A stretch of DNA of 64,000 nt from Paraspadella gotoi. Lineage: Eukaryota; Animalia; Chaetognatha. The notes beneath the pieces were generated by a model. It searched no databases. It was not told the DNA's origin and saw nothing but the letters and a program-made list of their open reading frames with translations. Positions 26,459 through 41,508 of the stretch are shown here, piece after piece (the first letter of the stretch is position 1; each line of letters starts with the position of its first letter). Both the position numbers and the translations under genes were made by a program. The stretch covers positions 17,338,606-17,402,605 of the forward strand of contig CM119267.1 of NCBI GenBank assembly GCA_051294375.1, given 5' to 3'.

Positions 26459-27337
26459 CGAAGAGAGAAGAGATGAGAGAGAGAATCGAAATAGATATTA
26501 CCGAATAAGGAACATTAAAAACAATGTTCAAAGAAACGACAAACGAGAAAAAAAAAAAAAACCGCGAGAAACTTCTGATATGTTTATTGTACGTACCATG
26601 TAAATGTAAATATAAATGTAAATGTAAGTATTTACAGGATGAGAAACATCACTGAAAAACAAAAATCACTTACGAAGAGAAAAGTGACAAGCGACGCCAC
26701 AAGACAAAAAAAAAAAAAAAAAAAAGAAAAAGAAAAAAGGAATTTTCTTTCGTCTTCAAGTTTCGTCTAGGAAGGATAAAGAAGCGATTTCCCCTCGGGG
26801 GTCAGACAGTCAACGGAGGTGGCGAAGAGGGGGGGAGAGAAAATAGGGGGGCGGGGAGGAGGTGGCGAAGGGCGGTTGTGGAAGCGATCCGTCGCTGCGT
26901 TTCGCGGTACGAGGCCGGACTAGAAATGGCGCGCTTTATTCTCGAGAAGAATATTTCGAGTTTGGCGGAAGATGTCAGGCGCAAAGAAGCTCGAGAAGGT
27001 AACGCGAACTGCGAAGGATTGATAAATATGACGAGTTGATTTTTTTAAAAAAAGTGTAAAATACATAAAAGTTCCACGTTTTGTAGAGTAATCTTCGGAG
27101 AAAGGTAGATTGTAAACTATATATTAACATATGTTTTTAAAACGAGGTTAATAATATAATAGAATTGGACGGAAAAATCCCCGGATATGAAAACGAAGGA
27201 AGGAAATATAAAGCGTCCATCTTCTTTCCGGGACATAATAGCCAGTTTTTTTCCCCCCCGTTCATAATCCCGAGGGATCACCATTTCGAATTCCAGAGTC
27301 GTTTTGAGTCAAGACTGAAAAAGGGCTTAGTCAATGA

Positions 27338-27394
<57 letters not shown>

Positions 27395-30300
27395 CGCCTA
27401 CTTTCACAGAAAAAAAGAAAAAATCCCGAGGAATTAAATTTCGTTAAATAAATTAAATGTTTCGCTAAATCAAATCGTTTTGCAGAGAGTAGTAATAATA
27501 TTAAAGTAGATTTTCCGAGAATTGATGATGCAATTCGCCTCGTCAGCCGATGTACGACATTTTAGTGATTGTACAATGTACAGGCAATCGGCTGAGCCAA
27601 GTGGATCCGAGCTCGATTAAAGGAAACCCATCGCCGACGAATTGGTAGTGGGAGTAAGGGGAGGGTAAGGGGTGAAAAGCTAAGCCCCTCTCTCATAAAA
27701 ATCGCGACGTCAGGTCAAAAAATAAAAAAAAAGTCTCGAGCGAGAGGGCGCTCGGGCGTCGGTGGTTCTCGGCGCCAGCTGCGTCCGAGTTTTTTGACGC
27801 CGAAACGAAAATGGCGGCGGCGGGCGAAGAAAGGGATTTGTATTCCCAACCGATTTTGAAGGATCACAATCGATTTCTCTTCAGCCGGAGTCGGGGTAGG
27901 GAAGAGGGGAGAGTGAGAAAAAATGGGGTAAGGAAGGGGTCGTGCGCACAAGGGTGAAGATATAAATCTTCCCAGAAAAACGAAAATGACGAAGATTTTT
28001 TTTCAACGACTCGTTCATTTGTTTCGAAAACGGGGAAAACAGTTGAGAACGCGGAATCCTTTTAGTATGAAGACCTTTGCTTAATCCACTCGACCACGTC
28101 GGCGATGGCGTCATATTTAAGTACTTTTTATTTCCGAGGAAAGCACCAGGGGGTCACGGGGTGGCTCATGGCTAGGCTTAGGGATCAACGATTGAATGGT
28201 TTTGGGAAGCGAAGTTCGACAAGGAAATGGAATCGACCAGTACAAACGCTCCTTTGGGAAACAATCGCGAGGAAAATGTCAATACAAGACCAGATCAGAC
28301 TATAATAAAAGACGATATCAGCTAACTTTAGTCGATGTTTGTCAGTATTTGATAATGATAGACAATAAGAGACGTTATTGGATTTGATAATAATAAACAC
28401 ATCGAAATGTAGACGCGCGATTTGTCTCAGATTTCGTCATCGAGCGTTAGTTTACGTCACGGATCGCGATTACTTCCAAGATTCGATACGAAAAAAAAAT
28501 AGGGACGGATTGGGCGAAAGAGGAGGAGGGGGAAGGAGATGGGGGGAGGAGGGGAAGAGGAGGGGAAGAGGAGGGGAAGAGGAGGGGAAGAGGAGGGGAT
28601 TAGGCCAAGTTTTCGCGCGATTACTCTCCGCGGGAGTAGATATATTCGGTCCCCGTCGCGTCGCCACCGAGCCGTTCGACCGCGAAATCGAGTAAGGACC
28701 GGAGGGGGAACGGTTTGACGGGGTTGAGGGTAAGGTGGAGACTGAGAGGGGGGGAAGGTGGGGTCGGGTAGGGAACGGAGAAGATGCTAAGAATGAAGGG
28801 GGGTGGTAAACATGTTGGCAGAAGTTTTTATTTGAGAAGAGATTAGAAATGAATATAAGGGTAGAAAGGAAAAAGCAAATATATTTTTTATTTATAAAAA
28901 AAGTATAATGGGTACAATGGGAATAGTGACGAAAAATAAAAGAGAAAAGGGAACCAAATACAAAATGGGAACAAAATATATAGGCGATAATGATAATCAA
29001 AAGGACAATAAAATATAAAAGCGACAATGATAATCATAATGACAATAATAAAATGACAATGACGCTATAAAAAAGAAAGACGAGATATCAGAAGGAAAAC
29101 TATCCTTGTTCGCGCGGGTTGAAAACGATCAAAAGTGCCAGATGTGGGGTCGTTTTATGTCCCGTTATGGACCCCGAATATAGATTTTGTCAGAGACTCA
29201 AAAAAGGATTAAGACTTTGATTCTCTTTTTTTTTATTAGTGTAATTATGATATGCTGGTGTATATTAAGCTCACTTATTAAGTCAAACGGTCAAGTCCGC
29301 CAGCTGCTGAATGTGAAAAGTTTTTGAAGAAGATTTATAACTTGGAAAATTCTGATTGACAGTTCATATTTTATATTTTTCAATTTACTTTGTTTAAAAT
29401 AACTCGAGTAAAATTGAATGTTATTCTCGCTCTTTAAGATCAATCCAAAAGTAAAGTATAAAAATGATATAAGGATGTTATATTTTCTGCGTTATGGGAA
29501 GAAGTGTCTTTTAAAAAAATAAATCATCGCTAAAAAAGCAGAATGAATAATAAAAAATCCATTAATTTCGTCTCCTCAGGTTTTCCTGCTCTGTCCTGGA
29601 ACGAAGTCTAATTCGACATTCAATTCTAACAAAAAAAAGAGATTACTGATTAGAAATAGACTGTGATGAATTGTCAATTTTTACTGAGAGTGCGGTGACA
29701 ACAACAACAACAACAACGACCGCGACAAAGAGACTGACCATAACCAAGTCAAAACCGGTCAGGTTACTGACCATAAACCGACCCCAAAAGAGATTAATTA
29801 TAGCTAAAACTAAAAGTAAAATATTCTTGGTTCATCTCAAATGTTGCATAATCTACTTTCAATGTGAAAGATTAATTTCCGTATATGATATTCCGATATT
29901 TTAATTTTTCATCTTCCCCTTACAACTACTACTACTACTAGGTTACATAGTGACTCTGTTTTACAAAATATATTTCTTTTTAACATTGTAACCGAGCAGC
30001 ATGCAGAACTGCAGTTATTGTAGTTGTCGTCGTCGTCGTCCGCTTAGTTCCGTTCCCCGCGCTGCATACGAACTGAGCCAAATAATTAAACGTTCGCGAC
30101 GTCAAGTTGTTGATCGAGAGTTACAAGGCCGTGATTCGGGGGTCATTTATTTAATTATCGTTTCGTCGCGCGGAGCAATCGTCAAGACCGTTTGACAAAG
30201 AAGCCAATCGGCCAAAGTGGAAAATAGAGAAAAACGAAAAAAGTGAAACAAAAGACAATCAACCGCGCGCAGTCGACGGTGGCGCAGCCTTTGAGAAATC

Positions 30301-30628
30301 CCTCGAGATGATAATCTTTCTTTCAAACAAAAAAAGAAGAAAGAAAAAAAAACGAAAGTCGAAAAAGAGAAAAAAAAATATAGTACATTGGCGAGCGTCG
30401 GGAGGAACTATGATAGAAATAAGTGGATGAAAAGGAAGAAAAAAAGGAAAAAAGGAAAAAGAAAACTACTAGGCTATGTAATAAGGATGCGTCCTTTTTT
30501 TTTACGCTTCCTTTTCTCTTTTTTATCTTCCTTTTTTTTGGCAAAGGGAAATAATCGCGCAACGCTTTTAGAGGCGAGAGGGAAATAATTTAGGATCCAA
30601 TTCGAGGGTGTAGAGAGGTAGAAACGAT

Positions 30629-30696
<68 letters not shown>

Positions 30697-32352
30697 GAGG
30701 AGAGGAAGAAAAAGAGAAAAAGGTCAGGGCGTCTCTCTCGCCATTCCCTAGAGAAGGAAATATGTAGCGAAAGGGCCAGTCGCTGCCAACTCGTGAGATT
30801 GAATGGAGGTTCGATGGCGCGAAAACCGAAACTCGATTCCATTCGATGGAAATCTAGACGAAACTGACGTCCGTTCGGCGTCGAACTGGGATGGATGGAT
30901 CGATGAATCGATGGATGGGTTTCGTTATTGCTGTCGACGCGAAAATAAGAACGGATCAAGAATTTATATACGAAGATAAAGATGCAGACTCTGAGTACGA
31001 GTCACCGTCTTTAACCAAGTTCTCCATCGATCATGATCATTATCATCATCGTCATCATCATGATCATCCTCGTCATCATCATCAATAAAGTGACAACGAC
31101 CTTCAGGGCCGTTGGGGGTCATTAATCATTGATTATTTACGATTCCAACGAAAATGACACAAACGACAATAACTACGACGACGACGAAGTCGACAATTTC
31201 ATCTGCCGGCCAAAAAGGGGAACCAATCATCGTTTCGAAAAACAATCGGAGCAAAGAATCGGTTTTGGCGCGAGTCTTTTGTTGTTTTTTTTCCGAAATC
31301 GTGGGCGAACAACGACGACTCATTAGCGGCGGAGGAAAAAAAAAAAAACACGATCGAAAACAAAAGGTCAATCGATTTTGGTTGACGTCGGGAAAGGAGA
31401 GAGTATTTTATATATAGAGACGAAGCGATTCGCGAATGGAAACTTTTTTTGTATTTAACCTATACTTTTTGTTTGACGCAATGATTTTATGTTTCGAGCC
31501 AAAAGGCGGTTATCCTCGCGGGGAGAGGAACTTTAGACTAGAGAGTAGAGACTAGAGACTAGAACTTTAGTTAGAGGGTTTCTGTTTCAAGTCTAAGGCT
31601 TCGTTCGTTTTCTCAATTAAAAAGTTTAAACAACCTGGAACGACGTAAATCAACAAGGAACAAGGTACGGCTATAAAAATGAAAAATGAAAAATAAAAAT
31701 GAACCATGTAAAAAGTAAGAATACTTAAATATGTAAGAATAGTTAAAATTTAATTCAAAATAGCATTGAATGATTATTGATTAAGATACTTGTCGAATTC
31801 TCCTTATTCATCAATACCAATAGCAATACCAATAGCCGTACCTCCGCCCCGTCCGGGGACGCCCGCTATTAACCCAACAATGCGGCGTCAAAACAATCAA
31901 TAGCAGGCCTAATCAACATCGTCCAACATGTTACAACCACCGGACAATGATGAGGACGATCAATAACACTCAGCCTTCTCCCCCAGATCAAAGTCTGGGG
32001 AGGGATGTGTGGCTACAACAACACGCGACTTATCAAATCAAGAATCTGGTCATGTCTCACTCGATCACCGACCGGTCATCTCGGTCGCCAATGGTCATAA
32101 GTGACTCTCTCCCGGCTGTCCTCAGCCGCTCCTTGTAAAGTTATTGTTTTCCGTTTTAGACTAAGCATTTTCACTTGTTGACTTTTGTAATTCACTGTTG
32201 GAGAATAAATCATTCTCGATCCGAACTCAGTCCCGTTTACTTGCCACACGAGATATAATTTATAAAGAATCGTTTTATTTGGCAACGAGTCCGCAAGCAG
32301 TATCGTTAAGTCTTTCTGTCTCTTCCATATTTTGTTTACGTGAATGAACAAA

Positions 32353-32355
<3 letters not shown>

Positions 32356-32442
<87 letters not shown>
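32356..32442. repeat. (GAC)n microsatellite
   Basis: Perfect run, direct read. Confidence 0.95.
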
Positions 32443-33843
32443 CCTGACGCGAACGCCAACTTTAATGGCAAACTGATGACGTCAACGAAGGAAGATGGAT
32501 GATCATCGGTGAAAAGTCACAAGAAAATTAAGTCACAAACAAAAGGAAAACTGAAGTCAACAGGAAAATGAAACTTTCACGGGAATTAAAGAACTAGAAT
32601 TATGTTTAAAAAGCTTGAAAGCAATTTGTTGACAATCAAGAATAACGGGGGAAAAATGAGGAAAAAAATTCGAGCAATAGTGAGTGCGGTTTATATTGTC
32701 ATGGAAACTCGAAACTTCCCGCCGTTTTTATAAATCGAAGAAAAAATATCTAATAACGAAAAAAGAAATTTAAATTTCATTTTATACCGAAAATAAAAAA
32801 AACAAACTTTTTAATAAAGTGGGAGAAAGTAAAAAAAAAAGTTTGAAATTCAAGATCTGGCGTGAAAAAGGAAAATCTCGCAAAAACCTGGCGTAAAAAA
32901 AAGTCGATAAATTATTGAATTTAAACCCGTTTTACGTCAAATTACGTCAATTCAAACTGTTAATTAAGGATTAAAAAAAATAATGAGTCTGGAAACCTTG
33001 GTGAATTTAATTATTATATTGATGAAATCTTGTTGAGATTGAGGCAGTTATAAACAAACAAAAAGTTTGAATGTTTAACAAGGTTTCTAGAAATAAAACT
33101 AAAAAAAAGCGGGACTCGTGAGAAAATGAAAGGGAATGAGACTTTGTAAACTGGCGGGTGAGGTCAGTTCTCAGGTGAGGTCATCGAAAGTAAGGGGAAG
33201 GCAACGACATTTCAACACACATGGACCCTTTGACTTTCGGAATTCGTCACCCAGAAAGAAATATGAAAAATTAGGAAAAAAAAAATTAGTGAATTTTTTT
33301 TTTCGTTTCTCGTTAGTTTCTCGTTATATTTTTAAATTGTATATTATTTCCTTTCGATTTAAGTTTTTTCTCCTCCCATTACGTCGCTTATTTTTTTTTT
33401 TTCATCAAAACTAACGCAATTATCGTTTGATAGAAAAATGAAATTTTCTCCCCGCGTTTTCACTTTTTTTGTTGACAAAATTCACTTTTCTCCGTCGGGT
33501 TTAAGAAAAAAAAACGCAGCGGCGTGCGCAGCTGTCCTCGAGAAATTAATTCGTCAAATTCTAAATTGCGTAATTATTTTTTGGGGGGAGGGAAAAGTTT
33601 TTGTTTCCGTCGCGAAAGTCGATGATTCATAGGAAAAACCTTTAAAAAAAGTAAAAAAACAACAAAAAAAAACCTAATTTTTATTTGCGACTGTCGTTTG
33701 TATGTTTTGTTTTGTTATTCATATTACTGCGGAGATTTTATCGCCGTGTTTCCCCTTTGTTTTTCCTTCGATGCTCTTTTATTTGAGCGTAAAAAGCGTC
33801 ATTTAGTTTCTTTGGTCGACGGAAATCAACGTCGCGACTTCGC

Positions 33844-33884
<41 letters not shown>

Positions 33885-33929
33885 GGCGCTATGAAGTCGG
33901 AAAACGTAGGGAACGACCGCGCCATGAAA

Positions 33930-33961
<32 letters not shown>

Positions 33962-34315
33962 CCAGTGCCAACGTTTCCGCAATTATTTTTTGCGAAATTG
34001 CGAAGATTTGCGACGTCGTTTTCGTCGTCGACGCTTCGTTGCGTTGGTTTTTCTTCACGTAGTTCATTACTTTATGATGTTTAGTCAATAGTCATCATTA
34101 CCACTCCCTGTCTCTCTCTTTGTCCGGTTGTTAGTCTGTCCAGTGATCCATCTGTCAATCAAGACGAGGGTGCATCTCCGTTCCTCTTCCTCCCTCGCCT
34201 CCCCTCTAACAAAGAATGCCCAGGAGTCTTTTTTTCCGTTAATCTTCTTTCGAATGTTCCAATCGCTTCTATTCAATTCAGGTCGTTAGTAGCGACGTTA
34301 CCGAAATCGAGTCGA

Positions 34316-34353
<38 letters not shown>

Positions 34354-37264
34354 GTCGTCGTCACGTCGTCGTCGTAGTCACGTCATCGACGTCCTCGTGT
34401 GCATCGTTTTCGTCGAGGTCTTTCTCCTTGTCGTCATCGTCGTCGTCTTCATCGTTGTCATCGTCGTCTTTCTTGTAATCGTCTTGGTCTTCGTCTTTGT
34501 CGTCGTCATCTTCATCAATTCCTTTATGTAATAAAGAATCGACTTAATAAGAAACGCAGAGTGTTATTCTTTAGTCACTTGCATTAACAATAACATAGAA
34601 TCATTGCTCAACATATACAAGCTTGATTGAGAACAATTGTAAAAACTTTCCCAATCAGAGTTATATCATCTCATCATCGTCGATCCTTCATCGATTCCCT
34701 CTTCCCATCGTCAACTCGATCGTCCCACGGGCAACTCCTTTTTTCCCCATCGTCTCTGCTCCTCCTTTTTATTTTGATCTTTTGACCTTGAAATGACCTT
34801 GAGTGTCCGTCCTTCGGTTTCGTCTTTCGCGCGACGATGACTGGTGATTTAGTAACATTTTTTAACGTGAGATGTTTGACAGTCGTAAGTACCGTATTTT
34901 ACAATTTTAATCACATCTGTTTTCATGTGATTTTGTGTTTTAATAAACACGTATTGTAAATATGACTCGAACGCAAGACGTCCCGGGCGAACATCGAGAC
35001 TACGAGTCGTCATGATTTTTGAGAAATTCGTTCCGCTCTTGTTGTTGTTGTCGTTGTGTCAGGGTAAAGTCGTCGATCATGGGCGTTATCGCTTCGGAGC
35101 GGCGTCGTCGTCTTCGTCGTCGTCTTCGTCGTCGTCTTCGTCGTCGTCTTCGTCGTCGTCGTCATCCTTGTTCCGTTTGTCGAGCGATAACTCGCACAGT
35201 GGGTTATCACTCCTCGGCACAATTATGCGGAAGTGAATGGAGGTATTAAAAGAGTAAAATTTCCTCAACCCCAGCGGAGAGAAAAGAAAACTTTACTCCT
35301 TTTACGACTATTATTAAAATAAAATCTTCCGAATGATTTTCGTTCCGCCATTCTCATGAAATTAGCGCAACCAATATAAAAAAAAATATTCATTCATTCA
35401 ATAAATCTAGATTCGTTAGCCATTTGTTAGTACGTTATTCGCTATCTTATCCCAAATGAAAAAAATGAATTATCTATCCTTTTTATTTATTAACAAAATG
35501 ACCATTCGTACGATTTCCATCGTGATATTTAACACGAAGAGAAAGTGAATCGAGGAATCTAGATAAGGAGCGCGTAAAGCCTTTTCCCTTTTATATCTTT
35601 TATTTCTACGTCTTCTCCCTTCACTTTATCTTTATTGCGACGCCATTTCGGTCTAGGTCTTCGTCGTCGTCGTCGTCGTCTTCGTCGTCGTCGTCTCTCC
35701 CTGACAACGGTCCCTTTTCGTCCCCCGTCCGTCAATGTCATTCGTCACTGATGACCGTCACCTTCGTCATTGTCATCTCTCAAGAGCGCGGATGTTGATG
35801 TTGATGTTGTGGCAAATCTGGGAAAGGCGGGGGGGGGGAATTGTTTTGGTTGTCGTCGTCCTATCATCATCGTCACGCGTTGCTCTCCTTTGTCACCCCT
35901 ACATAGTCCGTTGCTCGTCCGTCTGTCATTACAAGCCACAGTCTTCTTTTTTACGACTTAAATCTCGACTCGGCGTAGATGCACTTATCGTCATAAGAAA
36001 ATAGTATTTTCTTAATACGCTTGTACTTGACGTGTCCCTTTTGACAAACTCGAAACCTTTTTCCGACTCAATCTTTGTTAAGACGATCCACGGACATTTA
36101 ACGTCAAAGATTTGTCGCCTTTTGAATCTGGTCGGTCGGTCGGTCTTTGGTCGTCGGTCGGTCTTTCGTTCGTCGTTGGTCGAATGATAAATGAATAAAT
36201 CGATGAAGACTCGAAGAGACGAGAAACGAGTTTGAAGGGACGCGACTCGCGACTCGCGAGAAAGAAAATCCTCCAACGGATGTGGAGGCGATATAAGGAC
36301 CACGTCGGACGAGGGGGTTGGTCATGGCTGGAGGAAGGAATGTGGAGGACATCTTTATCATCGTCATCCCTTTTCGAATTGATACAAAATGATACCTTTG
36401 TCAGAGATACAGTAGTTGCTCCTTTTACTTCTGTCATCAAATTTACGAAAATCTCAACATTATCTCATACTTGAAATTTAAATTGGAAAATAAGCACAAT
36501 ATATATAAAACCTCTGAGATATCAAAGATTAGTTTCACATGCAATGTACAATAGTAAATTTCAGAGGTAATAGTCAGTCATTAGCCACACCTGTCTTCCA
36601 TGCTAACGTCGCAGACAGCCCACGCCTCAAGGTTTTTCATATAAAAAATGATGTTTACAGATGTCAAGTTATATTTTTCCATCAGATGATCACGGAGGCA
36701 AAACGCGGGTTCCGACTCGCTGTCACGGATCTTCGCGATCCTCACTTTTCCCTTTTTTTTATATCATTTTGAATTCCTTTTGAAAGGGGAGTGACCTTAG
36801 CGCTTCTGGCAACTGCAGTACTATTATAATGCGTTTGAAGTATAATGAAAGAGAAATGATAGTAGTTTTTTTAAAAAATCGATGGTAAATACAAATTAAT
36901 CGTGAATGGTCTAACAAAGAAAAAATATTCAGTTTTCAGTTAAGCAAAAATAGGGAAAAAGCGGCCGAGCGTCGTCATGGAAACCATTTTTTTGTTTACA
37001 TCCATTTAACTGGTGACGTCTGACTTTCAAAGTCGTTATCTTGCAACGTTTCGAAGTCGTCGTCGTCGTCGTTATCATCATCATCCTCGTGATCGTCGCT
37101 GTGATATTGGTGAGGAAGAGGTGGGGTAGAGGTGGGGCACAGGTGAGAATGGGGAAAGTCGCAGACACATATTTTATACGGCATCCGGTCGGTCTTTGCG
37201 TCATTTGAGTCAAAGAATAAAATGTAGAAAAAAAGGGAAAAATAGGCAATGAGAGAAAATAAAT

Positions 37265-37582
<318 letters not shown>

Positions 37583-38089
37583 ATTGATTGAGCCTCCAAG
37601 TTAGTAAAAGTCGGTTCTGATTTGCGATCCATTTATCAAAAGGTAAGTGCGTAACCAAATTTATTTTTTTTTTCTCATGGGAAAAAAATTGGCCGAAAAT
37701 TTGGGAGAGGGTAAATACAAAAACCGAGTGAACTTGTCGGGTGAATAGTGAATGGTGAATGGTGTTTCTCATCTCCGCTCCGTTTCGGTCTTGAACTCAC
37801 TCACCCTTAATCTCTTCATAATGTAATCGTTGTTCTGACTCAAACTTTGTTCATATGTCAATGTCATATATATATATTTATATAACTTTAGAGGCAGAGC
37901 CATTTTATAAAACCAAAAGACAGGAAAAAAATCCTATATACAGACGAAACTTTTGTCGTGGCGAAGGGTAACGAAGCCTCAAATGTAAAAAGCCTTACCC
38001 GGCAATCTATTTATAAAACCGAATACGAAATGAAAAAATCCAAAAGCGAATCTGCTTTTAGCCATAACAACTTCATTGCGGATGGGAGA

Positions 38090-38176
38090 GCAACGCCGCC
38101 AACGCCGCCAACGACGCCAACGCCGCCAACGCCGCCAACGCCGCCAACGCCGCCAACGCCGCCAACGCCGCCAACG
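38090..38176. repeat. 9-nt minisatellite (GCCAACGCC)n
   Basis: About 9 units, direct read. Confidence 0.9.
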
Positions 38177-38299
38177 GCCCTTTCCACGTTCAGTCGAGGA
38201 TTAAAACACAAACACGAAACTTGATTTTAAACTTTGGTGTATTTTATTTTCAACGTAATCTCACGAACCAATTTGACGGGCGCTGAAAAAGTTTTCATC

Positions 38300-38520
38300 A
38301 AAAGACAATCAGTCAAAAGATAATCTGTAGCAAGACAATCCGTCGTATAATAAAACGTTAAAAGACATTCTGTCACAAGACAATCTGTTTCCCGTCAATC
38401 TGTCACACCGGCGATCCGTCAAAAGATGAGCGGCCACAACAGCGTTCTTTCGCACGACAATCTGTGGCAAGACAATGTGTGGCAACGGAAATCTATCACG
38501 AGACGATCAGTCACAAAACT
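38300..38520. repeat. Degenerate ~15-17-nt minisatellite (aagacaatctgtc-like)
   Basis: Recurring aagacaatc(t/c)gt variants. Confidence 0.6.
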
Positions 38521-39235
38521 ATCTTCCACAACGACGATCTCTTTCATGAGCGACGTCGAGAACTGAAAAGAGGAGGCTTCTCTCTATCGCTCTGTCACTC
38601 TCTCTCTTCTCCCTCGGCCGCTCGCCCACCTGCCAAGTCACGTGACCTCATTTCGCCAACGTCGCTTCGGTTTTGGCCCAACACTTATCAGGTTTCGCTT
38701 TCTTAGGGGTCAGGACGAAGAGTCAGGAGTCACGTCTCTGGTCGTCGTCGTCGTCGTCGTCCCCCCGGACTCCGGAGTTGCCTTCCAGGTTTTTCATCAT
38801 GGGCGTCACTCTCGGGCGTCGAGAGTCATTTTGTTTCTTTCACGTATTGGTTCTGATTGTAATGATTTAGTATATAATTTTTTTTTTTAGTAAAGTAAAT
38901 TATATTGAACTATAATCTAAGACAAAAAATTTTTTTATCACAAGAAAGAAACAACGTGAAAGCTAAGGCCTCACGTCACACTTTTCACACTCAGTGAACT
39001 CAAATTTGGCTTCTGACGGCGGAAATACATTCCTAGTATTTTCAGCGAATATTTTTCTTTTAAGGGAAAAAAAGAAAGAAAAAAGCATATATTCGATTCT
39101 ATGTATTTTTTCGCCTGAGAGAAAATGGATTTTTGTTTGTTTGTCTGTTCGTCTTTTCTGTTTGGGTTAGTTTTAAAGCCTCGGTAAGCACTTTGAGCTT
39201 TTCGTCCTCTCTCTCTCACTGTGGATGTCAACGAC

Positions 39236-39347
<112 letters not shown>

Positions 39348-39603
39348 AAAAATACATTAAAATGAAAAAAGGAAAACATTGCCAGATCCGAGCGTCGTCG
39401 CTATAGCGACGCTTTCTCGTCGTCGTCGATCATCGTCGCCTCGTTTTTTTTAATCCATTCTCTCCTGATTCTCTTTTTTTTTTCGAATCAGCATCGGCCG
39501 CCTTTTGTTAGAGCTTTGCGTTTGCCTTTTGTTTCAATCACGACGGATTTTGACAGAGAAGCGATATGAGGGGCTGGAATCGCTGTCGCGTTGGCGTCGA
39601 CAG

Positions 39604-39640
<37 letters not shown>

Positions 39641-39769
39641 ACAAATAAAAGGGAAGAAAGCGAAGGCCATATGGTGAGACCGAAGAATTAGGACGACGTT
39701 TGTCGACCAAATCTCATTTTCTTCTCCCAAATTAAGACGGTTTTTCAAGGAGAACCATTGGAGAGAATT

Positions 39770-39972
39770 GACGAGGTTTGCCGAGGTTTGCCGAAGTTTG
39801 CCGAGGTTTTCCGAGGTTTGCCAAAAGTTGTCGAGGTTAGCCGCACTATGTTGGACGAGGTTTGCCGAATTTGGCCGCCAGGTTTGATAAGGTTTGATGA
39901 TGAGCTTTGGCGCGAGTTTGATGATGTTTGCCTATGTTTGGCGGTAGGTTTGATGAGGTTGGCCGAGGTTGG
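39770..39972. repeat. Degenerate 10-nt minisatellite (GAGGTTTGCC)n
   Basis: gaggtttgcc, gaagtttgcc and gaggtttgat variants. Confidence 0.8.
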
Positions 39973-40154
39973 GCGTAGTACATCGGTTAGCGTTAAGTAT
40001 CCTGTCAATTTTTTTTCTTTTGCGATAACGTTTGATCAGGGGAGTTCCGATTTCGTGAACGTCATAATTTTCACGACACGAGTCGCGAGTGGGAAGCTTC
40101 ATCGTTTTCAAGCGGAGACGGAGAAAAATGGAAAACGAAGATGGCGACCGAGGG

Positions 40155-40233
<79 letters not shown>

Positions 40234-40687
40234 AGCAAATACAAGTCGGAGAAAGAGAAGTTCGAACCGAGAGACAAGAAAAAACGGAATAAATTTTTGA
40301 AGGCAAAGTGTGAAAAGAAATCACGGAGGAGAAAATCATTTTCAACTTTTTTTTTTGTTTCCTTTTTTTTGTAAAAAAACGAGATGTTCTGTTTTCGGTC
40401 CTAAAAAAGAGAAAAAAACAACCAACTTTTTTTGGGTTTTTGAAAAACAGACGGGTACTTTGGAAAATTATTTTTGGGGGAGTTTTACAAAAATGTTTTT
40501 TTTGTTTTATTTGGGGGAGTTTTACAAAAATGTTTATTTGGGGGATGAAAATAATGTTGGGCTTGTCTTGATCAAGGTTTAAAAAAGTTCTCTTTGAATT
40601 GTGTAAAATTTTTCTTGTGTATAAAGAAAACGGATCTCCTTTCATTTCTTGGTTTTGAATATCATAAGTGAAGAAAGATAGTCGAGG

Positions 40688-40723
<36 letters not shown>

Positions 40724-40802
40724 AAAGGGATAAAAACGGAAATGGGAAACTATCGTCACGCTGGGACAATATGCGATCTGTCTCCCCTTTTGACTTTCTT
40801 TT

Positions 40803-40846
<44 letters not shown>

Positions 40847-41430
40847 TACTTCTTTTTTTCTTTCTTTCTTCTCTTTTCTTTTACATTATTATTTCTCTCG
40901 CGGAGAGAACGACAAATTTAGACTCAATGTCACAATCGCTCGCTTACTTTTGCTTCATTCTTGTTCTGTTTATTATTATGTTGTGAAATTTTTGTCAACT
41001 TATCTATGTACAAGACGAGGCGGCCGTCATGTCGTTTGTGATGTATTTTGCTCGAATACAAATTAACTTTCGAAATGTTTTACGTCGTTTTTAAAACTTC
41101 GCTTGGAAAGGATTTTTTTGTCGTCAGTTTAGAAAATGACAATATTTCAATCCAAGCCGCGACTTTTCCACAATCTCCATTTTTCCCGCGCGCTTTCAGT
41201 TTCATAATTTGAAATTCACCGTCCGCAATGAGATATTGTAAAACCCGCACGCATAAATATAAATTTGATGAATAACGTCTATATTAAAATATACAAAACA
41301 GACTTCTGGTTTTTCGCAGTCTCGGAGAAATAAAAAAAAAACCGCCACGCTGGATCGAATTCTGAGAAAAAAATATCATTTTCTTTTTCCTTTTTTTTTG
41401 AGATTTGAAATGAGGGGAAACGGTTGAATT

Positions 41431-41508
<78 letters not shown>

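Noticed and set aside
27811-28691. Possible two-exon + strand gene start (MAAAGEERDLYSQP... at 27811-27895 and 28604-28691)
   Set aside because: Phases fit, but the acceptor has a purine-rich tract, no downstream exons were found and there is no recognisable domain.
31960-32030. TAACACTCAGCC followed by a strong hairpin (twister-like start)
   Set aside because: No GUYNCAAGC loop or matching 3' half; probably a repeat fragment.
35012-35236. Short ORF with signal-peptide-like start and GRYRFG (possible RFamide precursor)
   Set aside because: No basic cleavage site after the Gly, a single copy only, and much of the ORF is TTG/TCG microsatellite.
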